This document shows positions 29,964-38,520 of a stretch of 39,404 nucleotides of DNA, one piece after another. The DNA comes from Eubacteriales bacterium (GTDB lineage Bacteria > Bacillota > Clostridia > Oscillospirales > CAG-382): contig JAZRPU010000253.1 in the NCBI GenBank assembly GCA_045649365.1, forward strand, positions 1-39,404, written 5' to 3'. The position numbers and the translations under genes were made by a program. Position 1 is the stretch's first letter, and every line of letters begins with the position of its first letter. Under the pieces are notes generated by a model. It was given only the letters and a program-made list of their open reading frames with translations, ran no database searches and had not been told where the DNA came from.

Positions 29964-30671
29964 TTATTTTTTACTGTTTTTTATTCTGAAATCTTCAGAA
30001 GTCAGAAGTGCAATTATTCGTTCGATAGAATCCTTTGAATTTCCCCAAGGCAAATCGTCAAATCTGTAATCAAACTTTTTAATGAAAAGGCTTACGTCTT
30101 CGTACAGCGCATCCATAGACGAAAAAAGAATGCTTTGAGCGGTTTTTTCAAGCTCTGCTCTTTTCTCTTTGTCAATGTTTTTCGATGCTTCTAAAAGACG
30201 TTTGTAATGAGGCAAACAGAAGGTTTTTTGATTTTCGAATTTTTTTCTGAATTCTTTTTCCTCTTCATAAAGGTAAACGGAGGTTAAAAACATAGCTGAA
30301 AGGTTGTTTTCGATCCTGTCGCAAATATAACAGCTTTCTTCTAGTTTTGATATGTTTTTAACAGGCTTTGCAGAATGGTCTTTAGAAAAGAATCCACCTT
30401 GTTTAACTTCTTTTTTTACCGCTTCAACGTGGCTTTGAAGTATTAGAGCTATTCCCAATCTGTTTTTTCTTGGAAGCATTTTTCCAAAATGATAACGACA
30501 AAATCCCTTTTTGTTGGTTTCTATTCTGACATCGGGCTCCATCATTGATGCACCGAGTATCAAGTCAAGCTCATTCTCTTCCAGCTTTCTGTAAAGAGCG
30601 CAAAAAGGACAATCATCTCCCGATTTTTCAAAGGCTTCGTTAACGGGTATTGTATAAATATGTTCTCTCAT
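29964..30671 (-). CDS. Conserved hypothetical protein with duplicated CxxC...CxxH motif (DUF6062-like)
   Basis: C21-x2-C24-x33-C58-x2-H61 and C114-x2-C117-x34-C152-x2-H155, 235 aa. The start lies 2 nt after the stop codon of the preceding dehydrogenase gene. Confidence 0.7.
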   Translation of the reverse strand: MREHIYTIPVNEAFEKSGDDCPFCALYRKLEENELDLILGASMMEPDVRIETNKKGFCRYHFGKMLPRKNRLGIALILQSHVEAVKKEVKQGGFFSKDHSAKPVKNISKLEESCYICDRIENNLSAMFLTSVYLYEEEKEFRKKFENQKTFCLPHYKRLLEASKNIDKEKRAELEKTAQSILFSSMDALYEDVSLFIKKFDYRFDDLPWGNSKDSIERIIALLTSEDFRIKNSKK

Positions 30672-30673
30672 AA

Positions 30674-31822
30674 TTAAAGCTTCTCAATAATTTTTTTGCC
30701 AAATTCAACGTTTGTTGCGCCATCTTCTCTGCCTGTTATTTTCACTTCAAGCATGCATTCGTCAATAGCTTTATCAAGCTTTGCAGCTTTATCCTGCATG
30801 CCGATATGGTTGAGCAACATTACTACAGCGCGGAGCATTGAGCAAGGGTCGGCATAGATAGCACGTCCTTCTGTAACCATTCGGGGAGCAGATCCGTGAA
30901 TAGCTTCAAACATTGCATATCTTTTTCCAATGTTTGCACTTCCTGCTGTTCCTACTCCGCCTTGAAGCTCTGCGGCTTCATCGGTAATGATATCTCCGTA
31001 AAGGTTGGGGAGAATAACTACCTTGAAATCTCTTCTGCGTTTTTCATCAACAAGCTTTGCAGTCATGATATCTATATACCAATCGTCAACGGTGATGTCG
31101 GGATATTCTGATGCAATTTCTTTGCAGATTTTAAGGAATTTTCCGTCTGTTGTTTTAATAACGTTTGCTTTTGTAACAATAGTAACGCGGTCATACCCGT
31201 TGTTTTTTGCATATTCAAAAGCCAATCTTGCAATACGTTCAGTACCTTCTGTAGTTGTTACGGTAAAGTCGATGGAAAGGTCATCATTTACATGAACACC
31301 TTTGCTTCCAACAGCGTATGCACCCTCTGTGTTTTCTCTGAAAAATGTCCAATCTACGCCTTCTTCAGGAATTTTTACAGGTCTTAAATTTGCAAAAAGG
31401 TCAAGGGCTTTTCTCATGGCAACGTTAGCACTTTCGATATTGGGCCATGGGTCGCCTGCACGGGGAGTTGTGGTTGGTCCTTTAAGGATAACGTGGCATG
31501 CTTTCAGCTCTTCCATAACGTCGTCGGGAATGGCTTTTCCTACAGCGGCTCTGTTTTCAATGGTAAGACCGTCAATATTTCTTATTTCAACTTTTCCGCT
31601 TTTTATTTCTTCGGAAAGGATATTTTCCAAAACTGTTTTTGCAACTGATGATATGTAAGGGCCTATTCCGTCGCCACCGCAAACACCGATAATAATTTTA
31701 TCAAGCTTTTTAAAGTCGATAAATTCTTTGTTTTTCTTTATGTTTTCGGCTCTGTCAAGCTGTTCGTTAAGCAAAGCTTGAAATTTTGCAGTAGCTTCGT
31801 TTATATATGTATTTCTGTCCAT
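30674..31822 (-). CDS. Isocitrate/isopropylmalate dehydrogenase family protein, NAD-isocitrate-dehydrogenase-like
   Basis: NLYGDIITDEAAELQGGVGTAGSANIG motif and GGDGIGP near the N-terminus, 382 aa with an N-terminal extension of about 40 aa. Confidence 0.8.
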   Translation of the reverse strand: MDRNTYINEATAKFQALLNEQLDRAENIKKNKEFIDFKKLDKIIIGVCGGDGIGPYISSVAKTVLENILSEEIKSGKVEIRNIDGLTIENRAAVGKAIPDDVMEELKACHVILKGPTTTPRAGDPWPNIESANVAMRKALDLFANLRPVKIPEEGVDWTFFRENTEGAYAVGSKGVHVNDDLSIDFTVTTTEGTERIARLAFEYAKNNGYDRVTIVTKANVIKTTDGKFLKICKEIASEYPDITVDDWYIDIMTAKLVDEKRRRDFKVVILPNLYGDIITDEAAELQGGVGTAGSANIGKRYAMFEAIHGSAPRMVTEGRAIYADPCSMLRAVVMLLNHIGMQDKAAKLDKAIDECMLEVKITGREDGATNVEFGKKIIEKL

Positions 31823-31839
31823 TTTTGTTCTCTTTTCTT

Positions 31840-32922
31840 TTATTTAGTCTTTTTCAAAGGATTGATTCTTGCAGTAGCGTATGCATTAAGTGTCAAGGCT
31901 TCTTTCACGTCTAAAACAGGCTCATAGAAACCTTGCGCGGCTATCATCGCGGCGTTATCGCCGCAAAGAGAAAGCGGGGGCTGATAAAGAACGGCGTTGT
32001 ATTTATCCGTTGTTTCCTTAAGAGCTTTTCTCAAATGAGAGTTTGCCGCAACACCGCCTGCCAAAACTATAGGTCTGCCTTTTATTTCGGGATATTCTTC
32101 AAAATATGTTTCCAATCTTGAGGTTATGGTTTTAATAAGTGCGTTTGTCATTGAAGCGGCAATATCACATTTTGTTTTGTGGTCAAGCTCTTCTCCTTTT
32201 TGCTCCATTTGATGCACTTTATTTATAACTGCGGTTTTAAGACCCGAAAAAGAAAAATCGTATTTGCTTCCTTCAATTCGGCTTATTGTGAGCTTTAAAG
32301 CCTTTGGGTCGCCCTCTTGTGCCAATTTATCCATTGCGGCACCGCCCGGATAGGGAAGTCCTAAAACTCTTGCAACTTTATCAAAAACCTCTCCCGCCGC
32401 ATCATCTCTCGTAGACCCTATAACGCGGTAATTTGTATATGATTCAACGGAAAAAAGTGAAGTGTGACCTCCGCTTACTACTAAAGCGGTAAAGGGTGGC
32501 TCAAGTTCAGGGAAACAGAGGTAATTTGCCGCTGTGTGACCTTTTATGTGGTCGATGGCAATAAGAGGCTTTTTTGTGGCATAAGCCAAACCTTTGGCAA
32601 AGCAAACTCCCGTTAAAAGCGCACCAATAAGACCCGGTGTGTTTGTAACACCTATTGCATCTATTTCATCCATAGTAAGAGAAGCATCATTCAAGGCTTT
32701 TTCCATAAGCCCGCAAATAGCTTCTGTATGAGCGCGGGAAGCAATTTCGGGAACTACTCCTCCGTATAAAGCGTGAATATCCGTTTGAGTTGCGGTTGCA
32801 CAGCTTAATTGTTCTCTACCGTTTTTTACAATCGCAACGGAGGTTTCATCGCAAGATGATTCTATTGCCAAAACAATTCTGTCTTTACCGTCACGTTGTT
32901 TTAATTCAAAAAGACTTTCCAT
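31840..32922 (-). CDS. tsaD: tRNA N6-adenosine threonylcarbamoyltransferase
   Basis: ILAIESSCDETSVAIV, metal-binding region IDHIKGHT, VSGGHT and GGVAANSHLR motifs, 360 aa. Confidence 0.93.
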   Translation of the reverse strand: MESLFELKQRDGKDRIVLAIESSCDETSVAIVKNGREQLSCATATQTDIHALYGGVVPEIASRAHTEAICGLMEKALNDASLTMDEIDAIGVTNTPGLIGALLTGVCFAKGLAYATKKPLIAIDHIKGHTAANYLCFPELEPPFTALVVSGGHTSLFSVESYTNYRVIGSTRDDAAGEVFDKVARVLGLPYPGGAAMDKLAQEGDPKALKLTISRIEGSKYDFSFSGLKTAVINKVHQMEQKGEELDHKTKCDIAASMTNALIKTITSRLETYFEEYPEIKGRPIVLAGGVAANSHLRKALKETTDKYNAVLYQPPLSLCGDNAAMIAAQGFYEPVLDVKEALTLNAYATARINPLKKTK

Positions 32923-32942
32923 TTTCTATTACTAACGCTTTC

Positions 32943-33386
32943 TTATTGTTGTTTTAAATTCAATTGCATAATAATTGCATTTTTTTCCCGATAAAATCCT
33001 TTTCGGATTCCCACTTTTTCAAATCCCATTCGTGAATACAGAGAAATGGCGGGAACATTTTCTTCTTCAACTTCTAAGAAAATGCTTTCTGCATTTTTGG
33101 AAGCGCAAAACTCTATAAGAGCTGAAACGATTCTTTTTCCCGTTCCTTTTCCTCTTTGGGATTTCAAAACAGCAACGGTGAAAATTTCCGCTGAATCGGG
33201 AGAAGAACATATTGCGCCTCCAACACCGTGTACGTCTTCGTTTTCTAAGGCAACAACATATTTGTAATTATCTTTATCAATTATCTCTTTTAGCTGTTCT
33301 TCGCTCCACGCTGTAGATAAACAGCTTTTTTCCAGCTTTGAAGCGGATTTGCAAAGTTCTTGTGATAAAACGCGTATTTCTGTCAT
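32943..33386 (-). CDS. rimI: GNAT acetyltransferase, ribosomal-protein-alanine N-acetyltransferase type
   Basis: 147 aa. QRGKGTGKRIV acetyl-CoA motif. Located immediately upstream of tsaD, as in rimI-tsaD operons. Confidence 0.8.
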   Translation of the reverse strand: MTEIRVLSQELCKSASKLEKSCLSTAWSEEQLKEIIDKDNYKYVVALENEDVHGVGGAICSSPDSAEIFTVAVLKSQRGKGTGKRIVSALIEFCASKNAESIFLEVEEENVPAISLYSRMGFEKVGIRKGFYREKNAIIMQLNLKQQ

Positions 33387-34132
33387 TAAGACAACCTCAC
33401 AGTAAGCTTGTCAGGGCAAAGAACGTATTTTCCAGCCCCGATATCGTATAAATACGAAATTCCGTTTTCATCTGTAGCAAAAATAACTGTGTAGTAAAGT
33501 CCTGGATATCTTTGGGATTTAAGCTTTATTCTCAAAGATGAAACTTGCTGTTTAGGCGGGGTTACTTCTTCGCCTGCCGTGAGAGTGTCGTATATGAGAT
33601 TGATATATTCTTCGTCATTTCTGTTAGTGCCTCCGTTTTGAAGATATTCATCGGGGGCAACAAAATAATCGTAAGGATAATCTGACGCGCCTGAACATAT
33701 ATCTGCAGAAACGGGCATAAAGTTTGAAAGAGTTATATTTGCCGCGCTGCTATGGCGCAATACTGTTCCCTTGATTTTGTTTTTGTATTCAACTATATAA
33801 GCGGGTGGGGTACCTTCCACATGCATAAAGTCTATAAAGCAATATTCATCTCCGTCAAGAAGCCCGAAAACACCGTCTGTATTAACCGCTTCAACGGAAC
33901 GGTTTAATGCATAATATTTGTTTCCGTCTTCATCGATAAGATAACTTTCTTCAGCAACAAGCTTTGAAAGACTTGCTTTGTATTTCCATTCTTTAATTAA
34001 ATCAGGCAAAAAAACAGAAGATATCAATATGATTATTATAGCGCCCACAATAATGAGGGCAATTTGGAAATCGCGTTTTTCTTTTTCAAATTTAATTTTT
34101 TCTTTGTTTTGCTTTTCGTTTTTGTTTTTCAT
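33386..34132 (-). CDS. Hypothetical single-pass membrane protein
   Basis: Lys-rich N-terminus, one TM helix (IALIIVGAIIIILISSVFL) and an extracytoplasmic domain of about 190 aa with no motif I recognise. ATG at 34132 follows a GGAAG RBS (the track start at 34150 is a TTG). The stop codon overlaps the rimI ATG (TAATG). Confidence 0.6.
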   Translation of the reverse strand: MKNKNEKQNKEKIKFEKEKRDFQIALIIVGAIIIILISSVFLPDLIKEWKYKASLSKLVAEESYLIDEDGNKYYALNRSVEAVNTDGVFGLLDGDEYCFIDFMHVEGTPPAYIVEYKNKIKGTVLRHSSAANITLSNFMPVSADICSGASDYPYDYFVAPDEYLQNGGTNRNDEEYINLIYDTLTAGEEVTPPKQQVSSLRIKLKSQRYPGLYYTVIFATDENGISYLYDIGAGKYVLCPDKLTVRLS

Positions 34133-34146
34133 TCGGTGGCTTCCAA

Positions 34147-34632
34147 TCAATAACCTATTTTACCTAAACTATCGTCGTCTGTTATCCAGTCTTCAACGTT
34201 GTAAACGGAATATGTATCCATAGTTTCTCTTACTATAACTCGTTTGATTCCCGCGTTGATAACTAATCTTTTGCACATCTGACAGCTTGTTGTGTTTCCA
34301 ACAGCTTCTCCTGTTTTGGGGTCTGTACAAACAAGATATAAATCTGCACCAAGCATTTGTTCGCGTGAGGCGCTGATTATGGCGTTTGCTTCTGCATGAA
34401 CAGAACGGCAAAGCTCGTATCGTTCCCCTCTGGGAATATTCATTTCATCTCTGAGACATTTTTTTCTGTCACAGCAGTTAATTCTTCCTCTTGGTGCGCC
34501 TGCATATCCCGTTGATACGATTTCATCGTTTTTAACTATAATTGCGCCAAATTTGCGTCTTAGGCAAGTTCCTCTGCTTGACACGGTTTGTGCAATATTC
34601 AAATAATAATTCTCTTTACTTATTCTATCCAT
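34147..34632 (-). CDS. dCMP (deoxycytidylate) deaminase, ComEB-type
   Basis: Zinc motifs VHAEANAI and CQMCKRLVINAGI, 161 aa. Confidence 0.88.
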   Translation of the reverse strand: MDRISKENYYLNIAQTVSSRGTCLRRKFGAIIVKNDEIVSTGYAGAPRGRINCCDRKKCLRDEMNIPRGERYELCRSVHAEANAIISASREQMLGADLYLVCTDPKTGEAVGNTTSCQMCKRLVINAGIKRVIVRETMDTYSVYNVEDWITDDDSLGKIGY

Positions 34633-34646
34633 GGTACGTTACCTTT

Positions 34647-35519
34647 TTAATTGAGTTTAAGAGTCTTTAAATATTCTTTGAGTCCTTGAGCGGTTTCAGG
34701 GTGTTTCAGTCCCACGTCAATGTTTGCCATTATAAAACCAAGCTTGCTTCCCATGTCATATCTTGTGCCTTCGTAATCGTAAGCGAGAATCCCATTTTTT
34801 CTGGAAAGAACAGCCATTGCATCTGTAAGCTGTATTTCTCCACCAGCACCAGGAGCGGTGTTTTCAAGTATTTGAAAAATTTCCGATGGGAGAATTACTC
34901 TTCCTAAAATGGAAAAGTTTGAAAAAATCTGATCTGCTTTTGGTTTTTCGATCATATCTGAAACTGAATAAAGACCGTTTTTCTCCATGGGAGCGGTTTT
35001 AAGGGAACAATATTTCATAACCTTTTCCGTTGGAACTTCTTTAACGCCTACAACGGGTTTTTCGTATTCTTCCCAGATATCTGCCAGCTGTTTGCAAACA
35101 GGAGTTTCAGAAATTATCATATCATCGCCATACAACACAGCAAAGGGTTCATTACCAACAAAATTTTTGGCGCAAAGAACAGCGTGTCCTAAACCTCGTG
35201 CTTCTTTTTGACGAATGAAATATACGTTTGCAAGATTTTCTATTCTTTCAAGCTCTGCAAGTTCATCATTTCTTCCTGACGCAGATAGCTTTAAGTTATA
35301 GTCATAATTTTTGTCGAAATATGATTCAATAGCTTCTTTCCCACGAGAAGTAATTACCAATATATCGGTTATACCTGATTTTGCAGCTTCTTCAATGAGG
35401 AATTGTATTGCGGGACGGTCAACAACTGGGTACATTTCTTTGGGAACGCTTTTGGAAGCGGGCAACATTCTTGTTCCTAATCCCGCTGCTGGAATAACGG
35501 CTTTCCTTATCTTACTCAT
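34647..35519 (-). CDS. galU: UTP--glucose-1-phosphate uridylyltransferase
   Basis: KAVIPAAGLGTRMLPASKSVPKEM signature. The ATG at 35519 follows an AAAGGA RBS; the track start at 35534 is a TTG inside the RBS region. Confidence 0.92.
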   Translation of the reverse strand: MSKIRKAVIPAAGLGTRMLPASKSVPKEMYPVVDRPAIQFLIEEAAKSGITDILVITSRGKEAIESYFDKNYDYNLKLSASGRNDELAELERIENLANVYFIRQKEARGLGHAVLCAKNFVGNEPFAVLYGDDMIISETPVCKQLADIWEEYEKPVVGVKEVPTEKVMKYCSLKTAPMEKNGLYSVSDMIEKPKADQIFSNFSILGRVILPSEIFQILENTAPGAGGEIQLTDAMAVLSRKNGILAYDYEGTRYDMGSKLGFIMANIDVGLKHPETAQGLKEYLKTLKLN

Positions 35520-35566
35520 GATACGTCCTTTCAAATAATATTTTTCAAAACATCATACCTAAATAT

Positions 35567-35595
35567 ATTATACTTCAATTTATACACCTTGTCAA
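35567..35595 (-). promoter_or_regulatory. Consensus sigma-A promoter of the galU unit
   Basis: Minus strand: TTGACA (35595-35590), 17-nt spacer, TATAAT (35572-35567). Confidence 0.65.
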
Positions 35596-35626
35596 TAAAC
35601 TTTTTTATTAATAATAAAGAAAATAC

Positions 35627-35655
35627 TTGAAAAATTCATTTAAGTGTGATAAAAT
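35627..35655 (+). promoter_or_regulatory. Sigma-A promoter of hom
   Basis: TTGAAA (35627-35632), 17-nt spacer, TGa-TAAAAT extended -10 (35650-35655). Confidence 0.6.
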
Positions 35656-35698
35656 ATCCAAAAAGCTATTGAAGTTATATGGAAGGTCAGGTATTTTT

Positions 35699-36880
35699 AT
35701 GTTTAATATTGCAATTATGGGTTTTGGCGTTGTTGGAAGCGGAGTTTGGGAAGTTATCAAAAAGAACTCTGAAGATATTTCCAAAAAACTCGGAGGAAAC
35801 GGTGAACAACTCATTGACGTCAAATATATTCTCGATCTTCGTACGTTCGAAGGACATGAGCTGGCAGACAGAGTTACAACTGATATAAACGCTATAATCA
35901 ATGACAAGAGCGTTTCTGTGGTTGTTGAAACTATGGGTGGCTCACATCCTGCATATCAATTTTCCAAAGCCGCATTGGAAAGCGGAAAGAGCGTTGTAAC
36001 CTCCAACAAGGAATGTGTTGCAAAGTATGGAAAAGAGCTTTCTGAATGTGCGGTAAGAAACGGTGTAAGCTATCTTTATGAAGCATCTGTAGGCGGTGGT
36101 ATTCCTATAATCAATGCTATGCTTAATGCTCTTACCGCAAACAAAATTGTTAAGGTTGCAGGTATTTTAAACGGAACTACAAACTATATACTTACTCAAA
36201 TGAAAGAATGCGGAACAGACTTTGAATCCGCGCTTAAAGAGGCTCAAAGATTAGGATATGCTGAAGCAAATCCTGCCGCTGACGTTGAAGGACTTGACGC
36301 TTTACGCAAAATCTGTATATTGGGCGGAATTGCTTTCGACTGCATAATCCCAACAGAAATGGCAACCCCTGTTAAGGGAATTACAGAAATCACTCTTGAA
36401 GACACCGCTTTTGCTGAAAAAATGGGATATGCAATAAAGCTTTTGGGTGTTGCTGAAAAAGTAGGAGAAAGAATAAAGCTTCTCGTAGCTCCTCACTTCG
36501 TTTGTAAATCTTCACTTATTGCAGCTACTTCCGACGTTTTCAATGCTATTTCCGTAACGGGTAACGTTTTGGGGGAAAGCGTTTTCTATGGTGCGGGTGC
36601 AGGAAGTCTTCCTACAGCTTCAGCTGTTGCTGCTGACGTTATTGAGGCTCTTCGTTGCAAGCCTTTACCAATGCTCAAGGAATATGCTGAAGAAGGATTT
36701 GTTCTTTCTGAAGATGAAATTCCCACCAAGCTTTTTGTGAGAAGCAAAAAACCTGTGGCGAACTACCAAAACGTTGAAATCAACGGAGAATATGGAACTA
36801 TTCTTCCTGAAGCTCTCTATGGAGAACAGAAAAAGCTTATTGCAGAATGTGAGGTTATCTCAACTTATTTTGTGCTTTAA
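35699..36880 (+). CDS. hom: Homoserine dehydrogenase
   Basis: NIAIMGFGVVGSG Rossmann motif, central GILNGTTNYILT and ADVEGLDA motifs. The start is set downstream of the predicted promoter, which lies inside the track ORF's 5' extension. Confidence 0.9.
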   Translation: MFNIAIMGFGVVGSGVWEVIKKNSEDISKKLGGNGEQLIDVKYILDLRTFEGHELADRVTTDINAIINDKSVSVVVETMGGSHPAYQFSKAALESGKSVVTSNKECVAKYGKELSECAVRNGVSYLYEASVGGGIPIINAMLNALTANKIVKVAGILNGTTNYILTQMKECGTDFESALKEAQRLGYAEANPAADVEGLDALRKICILGGIAFDCIIPTEMATPVKGITEITLEDTAFAEKMGYAIKLLGVAEKVGERIKLLVAPHFVCKSSLIAATSDVFNAISVTGNVLGESVFYGAGAGSLPTASAVAADVIEALRCKPLPMLKEYAEEGFVLSEDEIPTKLFVRSKKPVANYQNVEINGEYGTILPEALYGEQKKLIAECEVISTYFVL

Positions 36881-36901
36881 GTTTCAATTTGAATAAAATA
36901 A

Positions 36902-36946
36902 TCCCTTTGGAAAATCTTTAAAAGACAGTCCAAAGGGAATTTTTAT
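36902..36946. terminator. Bidirectional terminator between convergent hom and the GerA-family gene
   Basis: 10-bp stem TCCCTTTGGA / TCCAAAGGGA (36902-36911 / 36929-36938) with T-rich flanks on both strands. Confidence 0.75.
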
Positions 36947-38331
36947 TTTGTTTTTTCTCCTTCTTTTCTCCCTAAAACTTTTTTTGGCACTACTACAACG
37001 TAGTCAAGCATTCCCACGGGGTCAAAAGGGAAAAGCGGATACATGTAGCTGTTTCCGAAGCTCTTTTTCCGAAGCATGAGAACTGCCCATATTATAGTGA
37101 TTGCTAATATACCGTATAGTCCCGAAAAATATCCTGCAAATAACATTATAAATCGAAGTATTACTGCGGGAGAAGCAAAAGCGGGGGTGATATATGCGGA
37201 AACCGCGGATATAGCAACGATAACAATTATAGTTATACTTGAAATTCCCGCCTCTACCGCTGCATCGCCTAAAATGAGTGAGCCGACGAGTCCTGCGGCA
37301 TCACCTACAGTTCGGGGCATTCTGACTCCAACTTCACGTATCAGCTCAAACAAAACAAGCATTAGTAGCATTTCCCAAAACATTGATACTGCTGAATTTT
37401 CTTCAAGAGAATGAATAAATTCCAAAAGCTTTTTGGGGAACGTTTGGGAGTGGTGATATATAAGAGCAATAAAAACAGCGGGGAAATATATATTTAACAG
37501 AAAGGCGAAGAAACGAACAAATCTTAAAAATGAAGAGTACCACGGATTTTTGAGATAATCCTCCGCGCTTTGAAAGGCTTCTATAAAGTAATATGGTGCG
37601 GTAAGGACGTATGGACTTCCATCACAAATTATACCGATTCTTCCCGATAAAAGCTTTGATGCGGCTTTATCCACTTTTTCTGTGCTTCCAACGGAGGGGA
37701 AAAATTTTGATCGATTACCCTCGATTACCGTTTCAAGATTGGCAGAATCTATGATATATTCTCCGGAGAATTTTTGAATCTTGTGTCTTACTTCATTTAA
37801 CGTTTTTTCATCTGCTCGCCCCTCAACGTAACATATAAAAATCGTTGTTTGCGCGGCTTTCCCTATGGAAAGCATTTCAACTCTCAATTTGTCTGTTCTG
37901 ATTATTTTTCGGAGCATGGACACGTTGTTCTCACCGTTTTCCGTAAATCCCGCTTTGGGACCTCTTACGGTAACGTCACTTTCGGGTTCGCTTACTGCTC
38001 TGCCAACGAAAGTATCTGCAGGGCAGAAAGCTGTATAGATGCGGTCACTTTTAATAGCTACGATCACACTTCCGCGCAAAAGCATTGTTATAAGCATGTC
38101 AAGGTTTTCTTCCTTTATTACCGCGGCGCAGGTAAGAAGTTTTTGAAAATCTCCGCGAAAATCGTTAAGATTTGTTTTTTTCATTAAAGGAAGAACTATT
38201 CCCTCTGACATGTATCTTCTGTCTGTCATGTTTTTTATGAACATAATAAAACAATCTGAAGAAATATCTCTTACAATAAGGTCAGCGGGATTTCCCATTT
38301 TTGACAGTATTTCGTTTTTGAATTTTTCCAT
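36943..38331 (-). CDS. GerA-family spore germination protein (A-subunit / SpoVAF-like), orphan
   Basis: N-terminal soluble domain (ADLIVRDISS..., GRAVSEPESDVTVRGPKAGFTE) plus a C-terminal multi-TM region typical of GerAA/GerKA/SpoVAF. The ATG at 38331 follows an AAAGGA RBS. The track's 81-codon 5' extension covers the divergent promoter. Confidence 0.85.
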   Translation of the reverse strand: MEKFKNEILSKMGNPADLIVRDISSDCFIMFIKNMTDRRYMSEGIVLPLMKKTNLNDFRGDFQKLLTCAAVIKEENLDMLITMLLRGSVIVAIKSDRIYTAFCPADTFVGRAVSEPESDVTVRGPKAGFTENGENNVSMLRKIIRTDKLRVEMLSIGKAAQTTIFICYVEGRADEKTLNEVRHKIQKFSGEYIIDSANLETVIEGNRSKFFPSVGSTEKVDKAASKLLSGRIGIICDGSPYVLTAPYYFIEAFQSAEDYLKNPWYSSFLRFVRFFAFLLNIYFPAVFIALIYHHSQTFPKKLLEFIHSLEENSAVSMFWEMLLMLVLFELIREVGVRMPRTVGDAAGLVGSLILGDAAVEAGISSITIIVIVAISAVSAYITPAFASPAVILRFIMLFAGYFSGLYGILAITIIWAVLMLRKKSFGNSYMYPLFPFDPVGMLDYVVVVPKKVLGRKEGEKTK

Positions 38332-38422
38332 AGATAATCCTTTGATGTTTTTAAGCTTTTTGATTATTATTCCCGAGAAAAGAGTAAATATAAATGTGAA
38401 AAAGCATTTAATGTTGGTAAAC

Positions 38423-38451
38423 TTGACAAAAAAATTACTCCATGTTATACT
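38423..38451 (+). promoter_or_regulatory. Sigma-A promoter of the 140-aa gene
   Basis: TTGACA (38423-38428), 17-nt spacer, TGt-TATACT extended -10 (38446-38451). Confidence 0.6.
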
Positions 38452-38520
38452 GAAAAAAATATGGCGTTGTTTGGTTTTAAAACTACTAAAAAATAAGTTT
38501 AATATTCGGGAGGAATTTTT

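Noticed and set aside
35627-35698. 5' extension of the hom ORF
   Set aside because: The extension begins exactly at the -35 element of the predicted hom promoter. The conserved Rossmann N-terminus starts at the ATG at 35699.
35656-35698. T-box, riboswitch or attenuator upstream of hom (and likewise upstream of proA)
   Set aside because: The predicted leaders are only about 40 nt for hom and about 19 nt for proA. These are too short for such elements.
38332-38420. Search for a sigma-G promoter upstream of the GerA-family gene
   Set aside because: The only candidates (GAATA ... CATCAAA) have a 20-nt spacer and a poor -10 element, so I made no call.
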